Assembly: GCA_035400625.1 (NCBI GenBank)
Contig: DAOMZT010000003.1
Coordinates: forward strand, 1 to 32,000
DNA from: an archaeon
GTDB lineage: Archaea > Iainarchaeota > Iainarchaeia > Iainarchaeales > CSSED10-239
Length of the DNA stretch: 32,000 nucleotides
Direction of reading: 5' to 3'
The translations under genes and the position numbers were made by a program. How positions within the stretch are numbered: position 1 is the stretch's first letter; every line of letters begins with the position of its first letter. Below the pieces are notes generated by a model. The model had not been told where the DNA came from, did not search any database, and saw nothing but the letters and a program-made list of their open reading frames with translations. Shown in pieces: positions 31,999 to 32,000 of the stretch.

Positions 31999-32000
31999 AG

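Noticed and set aside
1-32000. Alternative genetic code (such as TGA or TAG reassignment), as seen in some reduced lineages.
   Set aside because: TGA, TAA and TAG each terminate well-anchored ribosomal protein genes at the expected lengths. Examples are TGA for uS17, uL5 and aIF5B, TAG for uS2 and L7Ae, and TAA for many others. No conserved gene needs read-through.

Overview
This is an AT-rich archaeal chromosome segment, roughly one-third G+C by eye. Gene content and compaction fit a reduced, DPANN-like lineage, which is an inference. The core at 5516-24658 is one co-directional ribosomal superoperon that fuses the S10-, spc- and alpha-equivalent clusters. Its order is uL3-uL4-uL23-uL2-uS19-uL22-uS3-uL29-aIF1/SUI1-Rpp29-uS17-uL14-uL24-eS4-uL5-uS14-uS8-uL6-eL32-eL19-uL18-uS5-uL30-uL15-SecY-DUF106-eL34-eL14-uS13-uS4-uS11-RpoD-tRNA-Leu(UAA)-eL18-uL13-uS9-RpoN-uS2. 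Spacers are tiny, several stop/start codons overlap as ATGA, and GGTGA-type Shine-Dalgarno motifs recur. A second conserved block, L7Ae-eS28-eL24-aIF5B-eS6, lies at 28823-31998. Genes that usually sit inside these clusters in other archaea (adk, cmk, ndk, rpoK, eno) are missing from their expected slots. There are two accessory regions. Region (i), 1-5170, holds three surface-protein genes: a fragment with Fn3_assoc/CHB_HEX_C-type repeats, a 477-aa protein with an archaeal class III (type IV pilin-like) signal peptide, and a 656-aa Sec-secreted protein ending in a complete mini-intein-like Hint domain that has no C-extein nucleophile. Region (ii), 24659-28822, holds a TrmB-like regulator, an 896-aa protein, and a convergent dCMP-deaminase-like gene that is the only minus-strand gene in the window. 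The 896-aa protein fuses a class III pilin-like signal peptide to about 23 tandem DUF285/BspA-type repeats. The most interesting signals are these pilin-signal-fused giant adhesin candidates and the terminal Hint domain. A third is a K/E/P-rich C-terminal tail module shared between uS2 and L7Ae, with 35-nt and 41-nt perfect nucleotide identities. No CRISPR array, integrase/transposase or rRNA gene was seen.
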